This document shows positions 19,349 to 28,738 of a DNA stretch of 64,000 nt, one piece after another. The notes beneath the pieces are model-generated. The model ran no database searches. It worked only from the letters and a program-made list of their open reading frames with translations, and was not told the origin of the DNA. A program made the translations under genes and the position numbers. How positions within the stretch are numbered: the first letter of the stretch is position 1; every line of letters begins with the position of its first letter. This DNA is from Bdellovibrionales bacterium (GTDB taxonomy: Bacteria; Bdellovibrionota; UBA1018; CAIMNF01), in the NCBI GenBank assembly GCA_040380025.1, contig JBEIJY010000001.1:125307-189306 (forward strand). Direction: 5' to 3'.

Positions 19349-20112
19349 TGAGCGGATTCAGAAGGCCCGACGGGCAGGAGAAGGGTGTCGAGATCAAAGC
19401 GTTCCAGCCACGAAAACTCGGCGGCGACGGAGTACGTGAGTATTCGGAGGTGAAGAAAGCCTTCGGAAGCCTTTCTTCGATCGATCCGGGCGGGAATCCC
19501 GACTTCAATCTCGATCCGGCCTCGAAGAAGTTCCTGGGCGTCGAGCGCCAGGAAAAAAATCACGTCGAGAATCTGGTCCAGTCCGAGGTGGCCGAGCGGA
19601 TCGCCCGCCTGAAGGAAGGTGCCTATCAGGAGGGCTTCGAGGCGGGCCGGAAGGCAGGATTCGAGAGCGCCGAGACGGAACACCGCGAGGCGGTGAAGCC
19701 TCTTCAGGAGCAGTTTGTCACACTCCTCGGCGAATTCGACCAGATGAAGAAGGATTTGTATCTCGCGAACGAGGCCTTTTTGGTCCAGCTGATCTTCCAG
19801 GTTGGTCGTCAGGTTTTGTTGAAAGAGCTTTCGAGCGATCCGGAATATGTGAAGCGCCTTTGTGCCCATGTGGTCGAAAAAATGGGAGCGAAGGATCATG
19901 TCCGGATCAAAGTGAGCCGGAAGGATGCCGAGAATATCGAGGCGATCAAGGAGTTCCTGAAGGCCCAGATTCCGGACCTGAAGAATGTCCAGATCGAGGG
20001 TTCGGATGAGCTGCCGCTCGGAGGATGCAAGGTCGAGACCGACCTGAGCCGGATCAACGCGAGCATCGAAACCCAGCTCGGATCGATCGAAAAAGCATTG
20101 GGCGAAGCATGA
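19348..20112 (+). CDS. fliH: Flagellar export protein FliH
   Basis: AYQEGFEAGRKAG repeats, GGCKVET; lies between fliG and fliI. Confidence 0.88.
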   Translation: MSGFRRPDGQEKGVEIKAFQPRKLGGDGVREYSEVKKAFGSLSSIDPGGNPDFNLDPASKKFLGVERQEKNHVENLVQSEVAERIARLKEGAYQEGFEAGRKAGFESAETEHREAVKPLQEQFVTLLGEFDQMKKDLYLANEAFLVQLIFQVGRQVLLKELSSDPEYVKRLCAHVVEKMGAKDHVRIKVSRKDAENIEAIKEFLKAQIPDLKNVQIEGSDELPLGGCKVETDLSRINASIETQLGSIEKALGEA

Positions 20113-21482
20113 GCCACACCATTCACGGCAAACGGTACGAAGAACGCGTCTCGCAGGCCATGATGTACGATGAGGCGGGAAAAATCACCCGGACCCAGGG
20201 CCTGATTTACGAGGCGTACCTTCCGGGGGCGGGAATCGGAAGCATTTGTGATGTGATTCTGAACGAAGCGGATGTCTCGGCTGTTCCGGTCGAGGCCGAG
20301 ATTGTCGGGTTCAAGGACAAGCGCGTCTTCCTGATGCCCTATGAGGATGTGGCAGGAATCAACAATGACAGCATCGTGCGCCTGAAACAAAAAAACTCCT
20401 CGGTGCCGGTATCGCTTTCGCTCTTGGGGCGCGTGCTGGACGGTCGCGGTGCGCCCATCGACGGAAAAGGCCCCTTGTTTTCTCCGGATGTCGAAACCGC
20501 ATACCGCTCCCTCTACCGGAAACCCACCGATCCGCTCGCGCGCGCCATGATCGAAGAGCCGCTCGATCTCGGAGTTCGTGCGATCAACGGGCTGTTGACC
20601 TGCGGAAAAGGCCAGAGAATGGGAATCATGGCGGGATCGGGTGTGGGAAAATCCGTGCTCCTCGGCATGATGGCCCGAAACACCAAGGCGGATGTGAATG
20701 TGATCGCGCTGATCGGGGAGCGGGGACGCGAGGTCCGCGAGTTCATCGAGCGCGATCTCGGTCCCGATGGACTCCGTCGTTCGATTGTGATTGTCGCCAC
20801 CTCGGACAGCTCCGCGCTCATTCGCACGAGGGCTTCGTTCCTTGCCGCCACGATCGCCGAATATTTTCGTGACCTCGGCAATGATGTTCTTTTGATGATG
20901 GATTCGGTGACCCGCTTCTCGATGGCCCAACGCGAGATCGGTCTTTCTCTTGGTGAACCGCCCGCATCGAAGGGGTATACTCCGAGCGTGTTCGCCCAGC
21001 TTCCGCGGCTTCTTGAGCGGGCGGGCATGGGTGCGAACGGAAAAAGCATCACCGGTTTGTATACAGTTCTGGTCGACGGTGACGACATGGATGAGCCGAT
21101 CGCCGATGCCGTGCGCTCGATCCTGGACGGACACATCGTGCTCTCGCGCAAACTCGCCCAGCAGAATCATTTTCCGGCCATTGACATCCTGGCTTCGGCC
21201 TCGCGGGTGATGCCCGCCGTGACCGATGAGGACCACAAGAGCTGGGCCGGACGGGTGAAAGAGTGGATGGCGGTCTACAAACAGGCCGAGGACATCATCA
21301 ATATCGGCGCCTATGCGAAGGGCGCGAACGCAAGGATCGACCAGGCGATTGCGGTCCATGACCGGATCCAGGGGTTCCTCCGGCAGAGGGTCGGCGAGGC
21401 CGCGGACTTCGGGGAGTGTCTCGGACTTTTGCATGGCATCGTGCGCGCGGGCGAGGCCCAGGCGCAGGACCCGCGGCGGTAG
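20109..21482 (+). CDS. fliI: Flagellar export ATPase FliI
   Basis: AGSGVGKS, LIGERGREV, MDSVTRF, DGHIVLSR; ATG 20109 overlaps the fliH stop. Confidence 0.96.
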   Translation: MSHTIHGKRYEERVSQAMMYDEAGKITRTQGLIYEAYLPGAGIGSICDVILNEADVSAVPVEAEIVGFKDKRVFLMPYEDVAGINNDSIVRLKQKNSSVPVSLSLLGRVLDGRGAPIDGKGPLFSPDVETAYRSLYRKPTDPLARAMIEEPLDLGVRAINGLLTCGKGQRMGIMAGSGVGKSVLLGMMARNTKADVNVIALIGERGREVREFIERDLGPDGLRRSIVIVATSDSSALIRTRASFLAATIAEYFRDLGNDVLLMMDSVTRFSMAQREIGLSLGEPPASKGYTPSVFAQLPRLLERAGMGANGKSITGLYTVLVDGDDMDEPIADAVRSILDGHIVLSRKLAQQNHFPAIDILASASRVMPAVTDEDHKSWAGRVKEWMAVYKQAEDIINIGAYAKGANARIDQAIAVHDRIQGFLRQRVGEAADFGECLGLLHGIVRAGEAQAQDPRR

Positions 21483-21589
21483 GGTTCTCGAAGAGCCCGG
21501 CAGATCCTGCCCATCGGAATCCGAAACCAACTGGGCATTCTTTTCAGTCTTTTTATTTAACCGCAACTATATAAAAATTGAAAATGAGC

Positions 21590-22063
21590 ATGGCGAAATT
21601 CAAGTTTCAGCTGGAGTCGGTCGAGAAGTTCAGGATCCGGAAAGAGCAGGAGATGCTCGAGGGGCTCTCGGCCGCCCAGCGCGATTATCTCGCAAAAATC
21701 GCGGCAAAACGCGATCTTCTTTCGAAGAAGCAGGCGGCATTCGAGCAAAAGAACGAGCTCGCCTCGCGCGATGCGAGCATCAACGAGATCCGCCTCTCCG
21801 AGGATCACATCACCGGCCTGAGGCACAACATCGAGCGGGCCGACCGCGCGATCATCCGTTCGCGGAGGTTCCTCGACCAGGCGATGCGGGCCTACATCCG
21901 CGCCCGCAAGGAGCGCATGATGATCGATCGCCTTAAGGAGAAGGCGCTCGAGGAATTCAAGATCGCGCAGTCACGCCTCGAGCAGAAGAATCTCGATGAT
22001 CTGATTTCGATGCGCGCCCGCTTGAATCACGGGCCGATCGACGGGGAGGAGGAGATCGCATGA
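21590..22063 (+). CDS. fliJ: Flagellar export protein FliJ
   Basis: KFKFQLESV N-terminus, coiled coil, EQKNLDD; follows fliI. Confidence 0.88.
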   Translation: MAKFKFQLESVEKFRIRKEQEMLEGLSAAQRDYLAKIAAKRDLLSKKQAAFEQKNELASRDASINEIRLSEDHITGLRHNIERADRAIIRSRRFLDQAMRAYIRARKERMMIDRLKEKALEEFKIAQSRLEQKNLDDLISMRARLNHGPIDGEEEIA

Positions 22064-22743
22064 GCGACCGGATTCTCCCCCTGATTGCCTTGTTCGCATT
22101 CCTTCTGGCGCCGGTCGTGATCGGAAGCGCCGAGGAGGCGAAGCCGGCAGCGGAGGCAAAGCCCGCGGAAGAAGCAAAGCCCGCCGAAGAAGCGAAGCCG
22201 GTCGAGGAAGCAAAGAGCGGCGAGGAGTCGAAGGCTGCCGAAGAGACCAAAACCGCCAAAAAAGAAAAGAAGAAGCCGGTCGAGTGTCTGGCCTCGGAAG
22301 AAGTGATCGCGGATCTCGATGCGCGCGACAAGAAGCTGAAAGAGCTCGAGTCATCGCTCCGGGAAAAAGAAAAACAGATCGCCGCGCAGGAATCGGCATT
22401 GAAGCAGGAGCTTGCCAAGCTCGAGGAAAAACGCGCCGAGATCGCCGGAGTGGCAGGCAAGCGCGCGGCCGAACGCGAGGAGCAGGTGAACAAGCTCATG
22501 GAGACCTTCGAGGGCATGTCTCCGAAGGCGGCGGCTCAGGTGATCGGTGCTGTGGACGAGGAGCTGGCGGTACTTGCCCTCGGCCGTCTGACCAGCGGGA
22601 AGGCGGGGAAGATTCTCGCCAATCTGAAGCCCGAGAAGTCCTCGCGTCTCAGCGAGAAAATGGCATTCGGCAACACCTTCAAACGAAAGGAGGGTCCGGG
22701 CGGTGATACCCATGAACGGACTCCGGCCAGCGCCGGGGAATAA
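22060..22743 (+). CDS. MotE/FlbB/YlxF-like flagellar protein (MgtE N-domain-like)
   Basis: Signal/TM, coiled coil, FEGMSPKAAA...AGKILANLKPE; lies between fliJ and fliK. Confidence 0.75.
   Translation: MSDRILPLIALFAFLLAPVVIGSAEEAKPAAEAKPAEEAKPAEEAKPVEEAKSGEESKAAEETKTAKKEKKKPVECLASEEVIADLDARDKKLKELESSLREKEKQIAAQESALKQELAKLEEKRAEIAGVAGKRAAEREEQVNKLMETFEGMSPKAAAQVIGAVDEELAVLALGRLTSGKAGKILANLKPEKSSRLSEKMAFGNTFKRKEGPGGDTHERTPASAGE
22129..22218 (+). repeat. In-frame 18-bp tandem repeat x5 (AEEAKP-like)
   Basis: AEEAKP AAEAKP AEEAKP AEEAKP VEEAKS. Confidence 0.85.
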
Positions 22744-24040
22744 CATCGCAAATGAGCTTCTTGCCGGAGCGCTCGCTCCGGAGACCGGGCCGCTGAACGG
22801 ATTCCGGGGTGATTCCGACGAATCTGCCGGTTTTTTGGGCACGCTTCAGGATCAGGTGGAGCGGGAGCTTCTCGAAGGCGCCGGGGCGGAGGGCGCCCTG
22901 TTGGCCGCATCGGTATCGGTGCAAGCACCATCGCTCCCGGAATCGCCGGTGCAAGCGGCGCCGATTGAAGCCTCATCGGCCCAAGCATCTCCGTTTCCAG
23001 CATCATCCATTCCATTCCCGCCGAGGACTCCCGCGAGCCTTCCGGGGCTGGAGCAGGGCGCATCAAGCGATGTGCCGTCAAAAGAACTTCGTGCGGCCAC
23101 TCCTCCTGAGTCCCCAACGTCCACGGGGAAATTCAAAGAAATCAACGGGCTCCAGGACGGCTCTGGCCGCCCGCAAGTCCCGGATGCTCCGCTCGCACCC
23201 GGAGTGGCGCCTCAAACGGCACCTGAAATGGCCATGGTCGACTGGAGGAGTGCGCTTCCTGAGAATGCCGAGGCCGATCTCGAGGAGATCACTTTGGATG
23301 CGAAGGCCGTGAAATCCGCGAAATCAAAAACCGATCCGGCGGAGCAGAAAAAATCCGCGGCACTTCCTGTGCGCGCGTCGACCGAGGATTTCCTCAGTCT
23401 GAGAGCGATTCTTCCGAAGAAATCCGGACGCGAGGAGCCGAAGAGCGATGGCGCAGAGACAGCGCCTTCCTTCGCTCCGGCCCTGAGGCTCGCGACGGGG
23501 CCGCAGGTCGAGGCTCCCGTGATGAAGTCCCCGTCGGGAAGTCCGATGATCGCCAAAGACGCGCTCGAGCAGATTTCCCAGCAGGTGAACCTGCTCGGTC
23601 AGGCCCGCAAGGACGGAGAAATCAAGATCCGCCTCAGGCCCGATCATCTCGGTGAACTCATGATGAGCGTGAAGACCAACGGACGCACGGTTTCGCTCGA
23701 GATCAAAGCGCAGGATCCCGAAGCCAAGAAGATCATCGAAGAGAGCATCGAGAGTCTTCGCGATTCCCTTTCGCAAAAGAGCCTCGATCTCGCCAAGGTC
23801 GACATCGTGGCCCAGCCGCAACGAGGCGGAGAGTCGGACTTCGGCACCCGGTCGGACTTCGGTTCGGGACAGGGCGGATTTCAACAAAATTCCGGCGCTC
23901 AGGAGCAGGGATTTTCGGGCCGGGACCGGCAGGAGTTTCCCTTGGACGCTCCGGTCGCATCGGGTAGCCTGAAATCAGCGGCAATCGGTGCAAGATCCGG
24001 CCGTTCGAACGGCGCGGGAACGCTGGACTTGATTGCCTGA
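22703..24040 (+). CDS. fliK: Hook-length control protein FliK
   Basis: Pro/Ala/Ser-rich N-terminus; C-terminal IRLRPDHLGEL motif; start may be 22712. Confidence 0.88.
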   Translation: MIPMNGLRPAPGNNIANELLAGALAPETGPLNGFRGDSDESAGFLGTLQDQVERELLEGAGAEGALLAASVSVQAPSLPESPVQAAPIEASSAQASPFPASSIPFPPRTPASLPGLEQGASSDVPSKELRAATPPESPTSTGKFKEINGLQDGSGRPQVPDAPLAPGVAPQTAPEMAMVDWRSALPENAEADLEEITLDAKAVKSAKSKTDPAEQKKSAALPVRASTEDFLSLRAILPKKSGREEPKSDGAETAPSFAPALRLATGPQVEAPVMKSPSGSPMIAKDALEQISQQVNLLGQARKDGEIKIRLRPDHLGELMMSVKTNGRTVSLEIKAQDPEAKKIIEESIESLRDSLSQKSLDLAKVDIVAQPQRGGESDFGTRSDFGSGQGGFQQNSGAQEQGFSGRDRQEFPLDAPVASGSLKSAAIGARSGRSNGAGTLDLIA

Positions 24041-24053
24041 CGGGGGATGAGGA

Positions 24054-24938
24054 ATGCAGATCGGGAACGGGATGATCGGAGCGGGAATTCAGGTCGAAGG
24101 GGCGGGGCAGGATCGCGAGCAGTCCGCGCGCAACACCATGGCCGAAATCCAGGCCCGGTACGGTGAAAAACCGAAAGAAGCCCGTGCGGTCAAGAAACAG
24201 CTCGATAAAGATGATTTCATGCGGATCATGATCACCGAGATGCGGCACCAGGATCCGACGAAGCCCATGGATTCCGATCGCATGGCGACCCAGATGGCAC
24301 AGATCACCTCGGTCGAACAGCTGAAGAACGTGAGCAATGCGATCGAGAAGCTCTCGGATCGGAACTCCGCGTCCGACCGTCTTGCCATGAGCGGGATGAT
24401 CGGCAAATCCGTGACTGTCGACAAGGGCCGGTTCACGCACCAAAAAGGAACGGTTTCTCCGATTAACTTCGAGCTTCCCGAGGATGCCTCGAAAATCAAA
24501 CTCACGATCCTCGATGAGCGGGGCGATGAGGTCGCTTCGCGCGAACTCGAGCCCATGAAGTCGGGATTGAATGTGTTCAACTGGGACGGAGTCACCGCAA
24601 GCAATACCCAGGGTGGCACCGGGACCTACCTCGTGCGCGTCGATGCCGAGAACGCGAAAGGCTCGAAGCTCAAGATCGATTCGGTCTCGCGCGAGACCGT
24701 CGTGGGTGTTTCGTTCGATGGCGGAGAAGCGCAGTTCCTCGTCGGAGACGCAAAAAGTCCGCAAAAAGTCAGTTTCAAGAATGTCGTCCGGATCGAGTCC
24801 GGGGCGCAGTCCGCATCGCCAAAACCGGCGAACGGACCGTCCCTTGCCCGGGCGGGATCGGAGTCCGTCGCACCGTCCCCGGTGCAGGAACAGTCCGAAA
24901 CCGCGCCCGAGGGATTTCCGAACGGCTTGAACGAATGA
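24054..24938 (+). CDS. flgD: Hook capping protein FlgD
   Basis: LDKDDFMRI, QDPTKPMD, QMAQITSVEQ, FNWDG. Confidence 0.94.
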   Translation: MQIGNGMIGAGIQVEGAGQDREQSARNTMAEIQARYGEKPKEARAVKKQLDKDDFMRIMITEMRHQDPTKPMDSDRMATQMAQITSVEQLKNVSNAIEKLSDRNSASDRLAMSGMIGKSVTVDKGRFTHQKGTVSPINFELPEDASKIKLTILDERGDEVASRELEPMKSGLNVFNWDGVTASNTQGGTGTYLVRVDAENAKGSKLKIDSVSRETVVGVSFDGGEAQFLVGDAKSPQKVSFKNVVRIESGAQSASPKPANGPSLARAGSESVAPSPVQEQSETAPEGFPNGLNE

Positions 24939-24957
24939 AGAAAGGAGGAAGAGGAAG

Positions 24958-25407
24958 ATGAACCCGAGCAACCCCGTGTTCTACCCGAATGTCAGCCGGA
25001 TCCCGGCGAGTCCGGCCACGCCGGAGACGCGGAAGAATCCGGAAGAGGGAACGATCCGGAAAGGCGAGTTCGATGCGAGCCTTCGACAGGCGATGGAAGT
25101 GCGGAATCCGGAGTCGATCCGTGAAACCGCGCCCGGCGCCGGCCAGATCGCCCAGTCGCTGAAGTTCTCGGCGCACGCGACCCAGCGGCTCCGCGAGCGG
25201 CAGATCCAGTTCGATCCCGACACGCTTTCGCGGATGAACGATGCGATCCGGAAAGCCGATGCGAAGGGCGTGCAGGACACATTGGTGCTGACCGAGAAGG
25301 CGGCGCTGATCGTGAGTGTTCCGAGCCGGACGGTGATCACCGCCATGGACCGGAATCAACTTTCGGGAAATGTGTTCACGAACATCGACGGTGCCGTGAT
25401 TATTTAA
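24958..25407 (+). CDS. Flagellar operon protein, TIGR02530-like
   Basis: LKFSAHATQRL, KGVQDTLVL, RTVITAMD, NVFTNIDGAVII; lies between flgD and flgE. Confidence 0.88.
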   Translation: MNPSNPVFYPNVSRIPASPATPETRKNPEEGTIRKGEFDASLRQAMEVRNPESIRETAPGAGQIAQSLKFSAHATQRLRERQIQFDPDTLSRMNDAIRKADAKGVQDTLVLTEKAALIVSVPSRTVITAMDRNQLSGNVFTNIDGAVII

Positions 25408-25422
25408 ATTATTATTGTTGAA

Positions 25423-25531
25423 TTAATGAAAATCGTGCTACGATTTCATTAAGGACCGCAGGATGCGAAACAAACCAAGAGGCTGGACCCAGTAGGGAAG
25501 CCTTGATCCCCCTGACTGATTGACGGGGGAT
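25423..25531 (+). promoter_or_regulatory. Multi-hairpin structured leader upstream of flgE (candidate cis-regulatory RNA)
   Basis: Hairpins at 25423-25452, 25457-25467 (CGCA-GGA-TGCG), 25476-25505 (GGCT-GGA-CC..GG-GA-AGCC) and 25506-25531 (ATCCCCC/GGGGGAT around TGACTGATTGAC). Confidence 0.6.
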
Positions 25532-25567
25532 GAACCTGAAACAAAGAACGCAAGGAGGCGTCTCTCT

Positions 25568-26851
25568 ATGGGTATTCTTTCTTCCATGTACACGGGCTAT
25601 ACCGGGATCCAAGGACAAGGCGAGGCTTTGTCGGTGTTCGGCGACAACATCGCGAACTCGGCGACCACCGGCTTCAAGACCGCACGCCCCGAGTTCAAGG
25701 ATGCGGTGGCGAAGTCGTTGAACGGCATGGGCTCCTCCCAGGCGACCGGGCGCGGCAGCAAAGTCGGAAACATCCGGACCGTGTTTTCGCAAGGAACCCT
25801 CACCCAGACCGAAAGCCCGACCGATCTTGCGATCACGGGGAACGGATTTTTCGTCACTGACGGTGTGGACGGACGGAGCTTCACCCGCGATGGCTCGTTC
25901 CATTTCGACAAAGAAGGAAAGCTCGTGACAGGCGACGGCGCGAAGGTGCAGGGATTCCAGGCTGATGAGACCGGAAAGATCACTTCGAGAATGGGTGATA
26001 TCTCGGTCGAGCGCGCGATCCTCGATGCGAAGGGATCGGCGAAGGTCGAGCTGACCGCCAACCTCGATTCGCGGGCTGACATCAAAATGAAGTTCGACCC
26101 TGCAAATCCCGATAAAACAGCGCATTTTGCGACCGGCGTGACCGTGTACGACACGAACGGCGCACCCCGCTCGGTGACGGTTTACTTCAACAAGGTGGAC
26201 GGCCGCCGCTGGGAGTGGAAAGCCATGGCGAAAGGCGATGACATCGAAGGCGGGAAACCCGGCCAGCTGATGCTCCAGGGCTCCGGTTCGCTCACTTTCG
26301 ACGACAAGGGCCGTCTTGCCGAGCAGACCACCGAGAAGGCCTCCTTCAATTTCAACAAGGGCTCGAAGCCCGATCAGAAGATCGAGTTCAATTTCGGAAA
26401 AGACATCAAAGCCGGCGGAGACGGGCTCCAGATCACCCAGTACGGCTCGAATTCCGAGGCCTTCAAGACCACCCAGGACGGCTACTCGTCGGGAACCCTG
26501 GGCTCCCTGAAGTTCGAGGATGACGGAGCGCTCGTGGCGTATTACACGAACGGCGAGACCGTGAAGATCTCCCAGGTCGCATTGGCGAAGTTCGAGAGCC
26601 CCGAAGACCTGATGAAGACCGGCGGAAACAAGTTCAAGGAAACCCGCGGCTCGGGCCAGCCCACGATCGGCGCGCCCATGGCGGGCGGACGCGGACAAGT
26701 GAGCTCGAAAGCGCTCGAAGCCTCGACCACCGACATCGCAAACGAGTTCATCAACCTCATGACCGCCCAGCGGAATTTCCAGGCGAACAGCAAGGTCATC
26801 GGGGTGGGCGACGACCTTCTTGGCGAAGTGATCAACCTGAAGCGCACCTGA
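25568..26851 (+). CDS. flgE: Flagellar hook protein FlgE
   Basis: DNIANSATTGFK, DLAITGNGFF, FTRDGSF, AQRNFQANSK; AAGGAGG at 25552-25558 supports ATG 25568. Confidence 0.96.
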   Translation: MGILSSMYTGYTGIQGQGEALSVFGDNIANSATTGFKTARPEFKDAVAKSLNGMGSSQATGRGSKVGNIRTVFSQGTLTQTESPTDLAITGNGFFVTDGVDGRSFTRDGSFHFDKEGKLVTGDGAKVQGFQADETGKITSRMGDISVERAILDAKGSAKVELTANLDSRADIKMKFDPANPDKTAHFATGVTVYDTNGAPRSVTVYFNKVDGRRWEWKAMAKGDDIEGGKPGQLMLQGSGSLTFDDKGRLAEQTTEKASFNFNKGSKPDQKIEFNFGKDIKAGGDGLQITQYGSNSEAFKTTQDGYSSGTLGSLKFEDDGALVAYYTNGETVKISQVALAKFESPEDLMKTGGNKFKETRGSGQPTIGAPMAGGRGQVSSKALEASTTDIANEFINLMTAQRNFQANSKVIGVGDDLLGEVINLKRT

Positions 26852-26879
26852 TCCTGAATCCTGATCGGTCCTGATTGAG

Positions 26880-26951
26880 GGGGCTGACCGTCAATCTCCA
26901 GTCGGTTCTGGCGCGACAATGCGCCCCGGGAGACGGTCAGCCCCTTTTTTT
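26880..26951 (+). terminator. Terminator-like stem with structured internal loop and U-tract after flgE
   Basis: GGGGCTGACCGTC (26880-26892) / GACGGTCAGCCCC (26932-26944) followed by T7. Confidence 0.7.
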
Positions 26952-26995
26952 CGTTCGAATCCTCACCGAATCCCGAAGTTCCCTGCTTGTGATTT

Positions 26996-27011
26996 TGGCG
27001 TTCCCCGTGCA
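26996..27011 (+). promoter_or_regulatory. Putative sigma54 (-24/-12) promoter for the fliL operon
   Basis: TGGCGTTCCCCGTGCA = GG-N10-GC, 30 nt upstream of the fliL ATG and just after a terminator. Confidence 0.55.
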
Positions 27012-27040
27012 AAATTTGATAAGGGACGGGATGGCAGAAC

Positions 27041-27697
27041 ATGTCTGAAGAAGCAAAAGATGCAAAAAAAGCCGAAGCGCCGGCGGCGGATGCGGGGGGA
27101 GCCCCCGATAAAACGAGCAAGATCGTTTTGATCCTGACCGGATTGAATCTCCTCCTGGTCCTCGGGATCGGCGGAGTGGTGTTCGTCCAGTTCCAGAAAG
27201 ACAAGCACAAGGAGTCGGTGGCCGACATCGAAGCCCATGCCGAAGAGGGCGGGGAGCATGGCGGAGGCGGCGGTCATGGTGATGGCCATGGTGGCGGCGA
27301 GAAAGCCGAAGAAGGCCACGGCGGGGGCGGCGATCACGGTGGCGGCCACGGAGATGGTCACGGCGGAGGAGCCGCAGTCAAAAAAGGCGATCAGGTGCTC
27401 ACTCTCGAGCAGTTCACCGTGAATCTCGCCACCAGCCCCGGAACTCCGCCCCGGTATGCACGAGTGATCATCGCGCTTGAAGTTCCGAACGCCGAGACCG
27501 CGGCCGAGGTGAATCAGAAGATGGCGCCCGTCCGCAATGCCGTCATCGATCTTTTCAATTCAAAGCGCCCTGCGGATCTGCAAACCGGAGAGGGCCGGAA
27601 CTTCCTGAAAGAGGAGATCCGGAACGCGCTGAACAGTTTTTTGGTTTCCGGCAAGGTGAAGAGCGTATTCTTCAGCAACTTCGCCGTAAGCAACTGA
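27041..27697 (+). CDS. fliL: FliL with His/Gly-rich insertion
   Basis: N-terminal TM, FTVNL, VRNAVI, GRNFLKEEI, VFFSNF. Confidence 0.92.
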   Translation: MSEEAKDAKKAEAPAADAGGAPDKTSKIVLILTGLNLLLVLGIGGVVFVQFQKDKHKESVADIEAHAEEGGEHGGGGGHGDGHGGGEKAEEGHGGGGDHGGGHGDGHGGGAAVKKGDQVLTLEQFTVNLATSPGTPPRYARVIIALEVPNAETAAEVNQKMAPVRNAVIDLFNSKRPADLQTGEGRNFLKEEIRNALNSFLVSGKVKSVFFSNFAVSN

Positions 27698-27734
27698 CGG
27701 GGGTTCCCGTCATGAACATGGGGCCAGGAGGGCT

Positions 27735-28724
27735 ATGAACCAGGTATTGAGTCAGGCAGAAGTCGATGCACTTCTCACTGCGGTGGCCGACGGATCGGTC
27801 GAGACCGGAGCCGGCGGCGCCCCCAAGGACAAGGGCGGAAAGTCCAAGGAAATCCAGGAATACGATCTGACCAACCAGGACCGCGTGATTCGCGGCAAGA
27901 TGCCCACGCTCGATCTCATCTACGAGCGGTTTGTCCGGCTGTTCCGGATGTCCCTTTCGAACTCTCTTCGCAAAATCGCCTCCATCAGCATCATTTCGAC
28001 CGACCTGCTCAAGTTCGGGGAGTTCGTGAACACGCTTCCGATCCCGAGCTGTGTGGGAATCCTCCGCTCGGAAACCCTGCGCGGGCCCGCCCTCCTCGTG
28101 TTCGAATCGAAGCTCGCCTATGCGCTGATCGATAGTTATTTCGGCGGAACCGACCGTCCCTACACCAAATCGGACGGAAAAGAATTCACCCGCATCGAGC
28201 TCATGATCATGAACAAGGTTCTGACCCTCGCTGTCGCCGACATCGAGGAGGCATGGGCGCCGGTCCACCGGGTGGGGCTGATTCATCTCAGAACCGAGAC
28301 CAACCCGCAATTCGTCGGAGTGGTTCCGCTCTCCGAAGTGATCATCTCGACGACCTTCGAGGTCGAGCTCGAGAACGCGAGCGGCACGATCGCGCTCGTG
28401 ATTCCGTATTCCACCATCGAGTCGATCAAGAACAAGCTGAATTCCTCGTTCCAGTCCGATTCCGACCGTGCCGACCGCGTCTGGGTCGAGAACCTCGAGG
28501 AGCACATGCGCCAGGTGACGGCGAATGTCTCGGTGAATCTGGGCGAGACGGCCATCACGGTGGGCGACCTGGTCAACCTGAACATCGGGGACATCATCCC
28601 CCTCAATCAGGATTGCGACGGAGAACTCAGCCTCAATGTCGAGGGTGTGGGCAAATTCAAATGTTTCTACGGGGTTTCCAAAGGCACGCGTGCGGTGCAG
28701 GTCACGCGGCCGATTGAAGACTAG
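27735..28724 (+). CDS. fliM: Motor switch protein FliM
   Basis: VLSQAEVDALL CheY-binding peptide, FGG, C-terminal SpoA domain. Confidence 0.96.
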   Translation: MNQVLSQAEVDALLTAVADGSVETGAGGAPKDKGGKSKEIQEYDLTNQDRVIRGKMPTLDLIYERFVRLFRMSLSNSLRKIASISIISTDLLKFGEFVNTLPIPSCVGILRSETLRGPALLVFESKLAYALIDSYFGGTDRPYTKSDGKEFTRIELMIMNKVLTLAVADIEEAWAPVHRVGLIHLRTETNPQFVGVVPLSEVIISTTFEVELENASGTIALVIPYSTIESIKNKLNSSFQSDSDRADRVWVENLEEHMRQVTANVSVNLGETAITVGDLVNLNIGDIIPLNQDCDGELSLNVEGVGKFKCFYGVSKGTRAVQVTRPIED

Positions 28725-28738
28725 GAAGGAGTCGAGTC

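Noticed and set aside
21483..21589. AT-rich gap between fliI and fliJ as a defined promoter or ncRNA
   Set aside because: No convincing sigma54/28/70 spacing or stable structure could be supported
25520..25567. ORF-track upstream starts for flgE (25520), fliI (20025), fliR (31331), flhA (33494), carD (59252) and flp (38749)
   Set aside because: Downstream ATGs fit RBS position, translational coupling and family N-termini better
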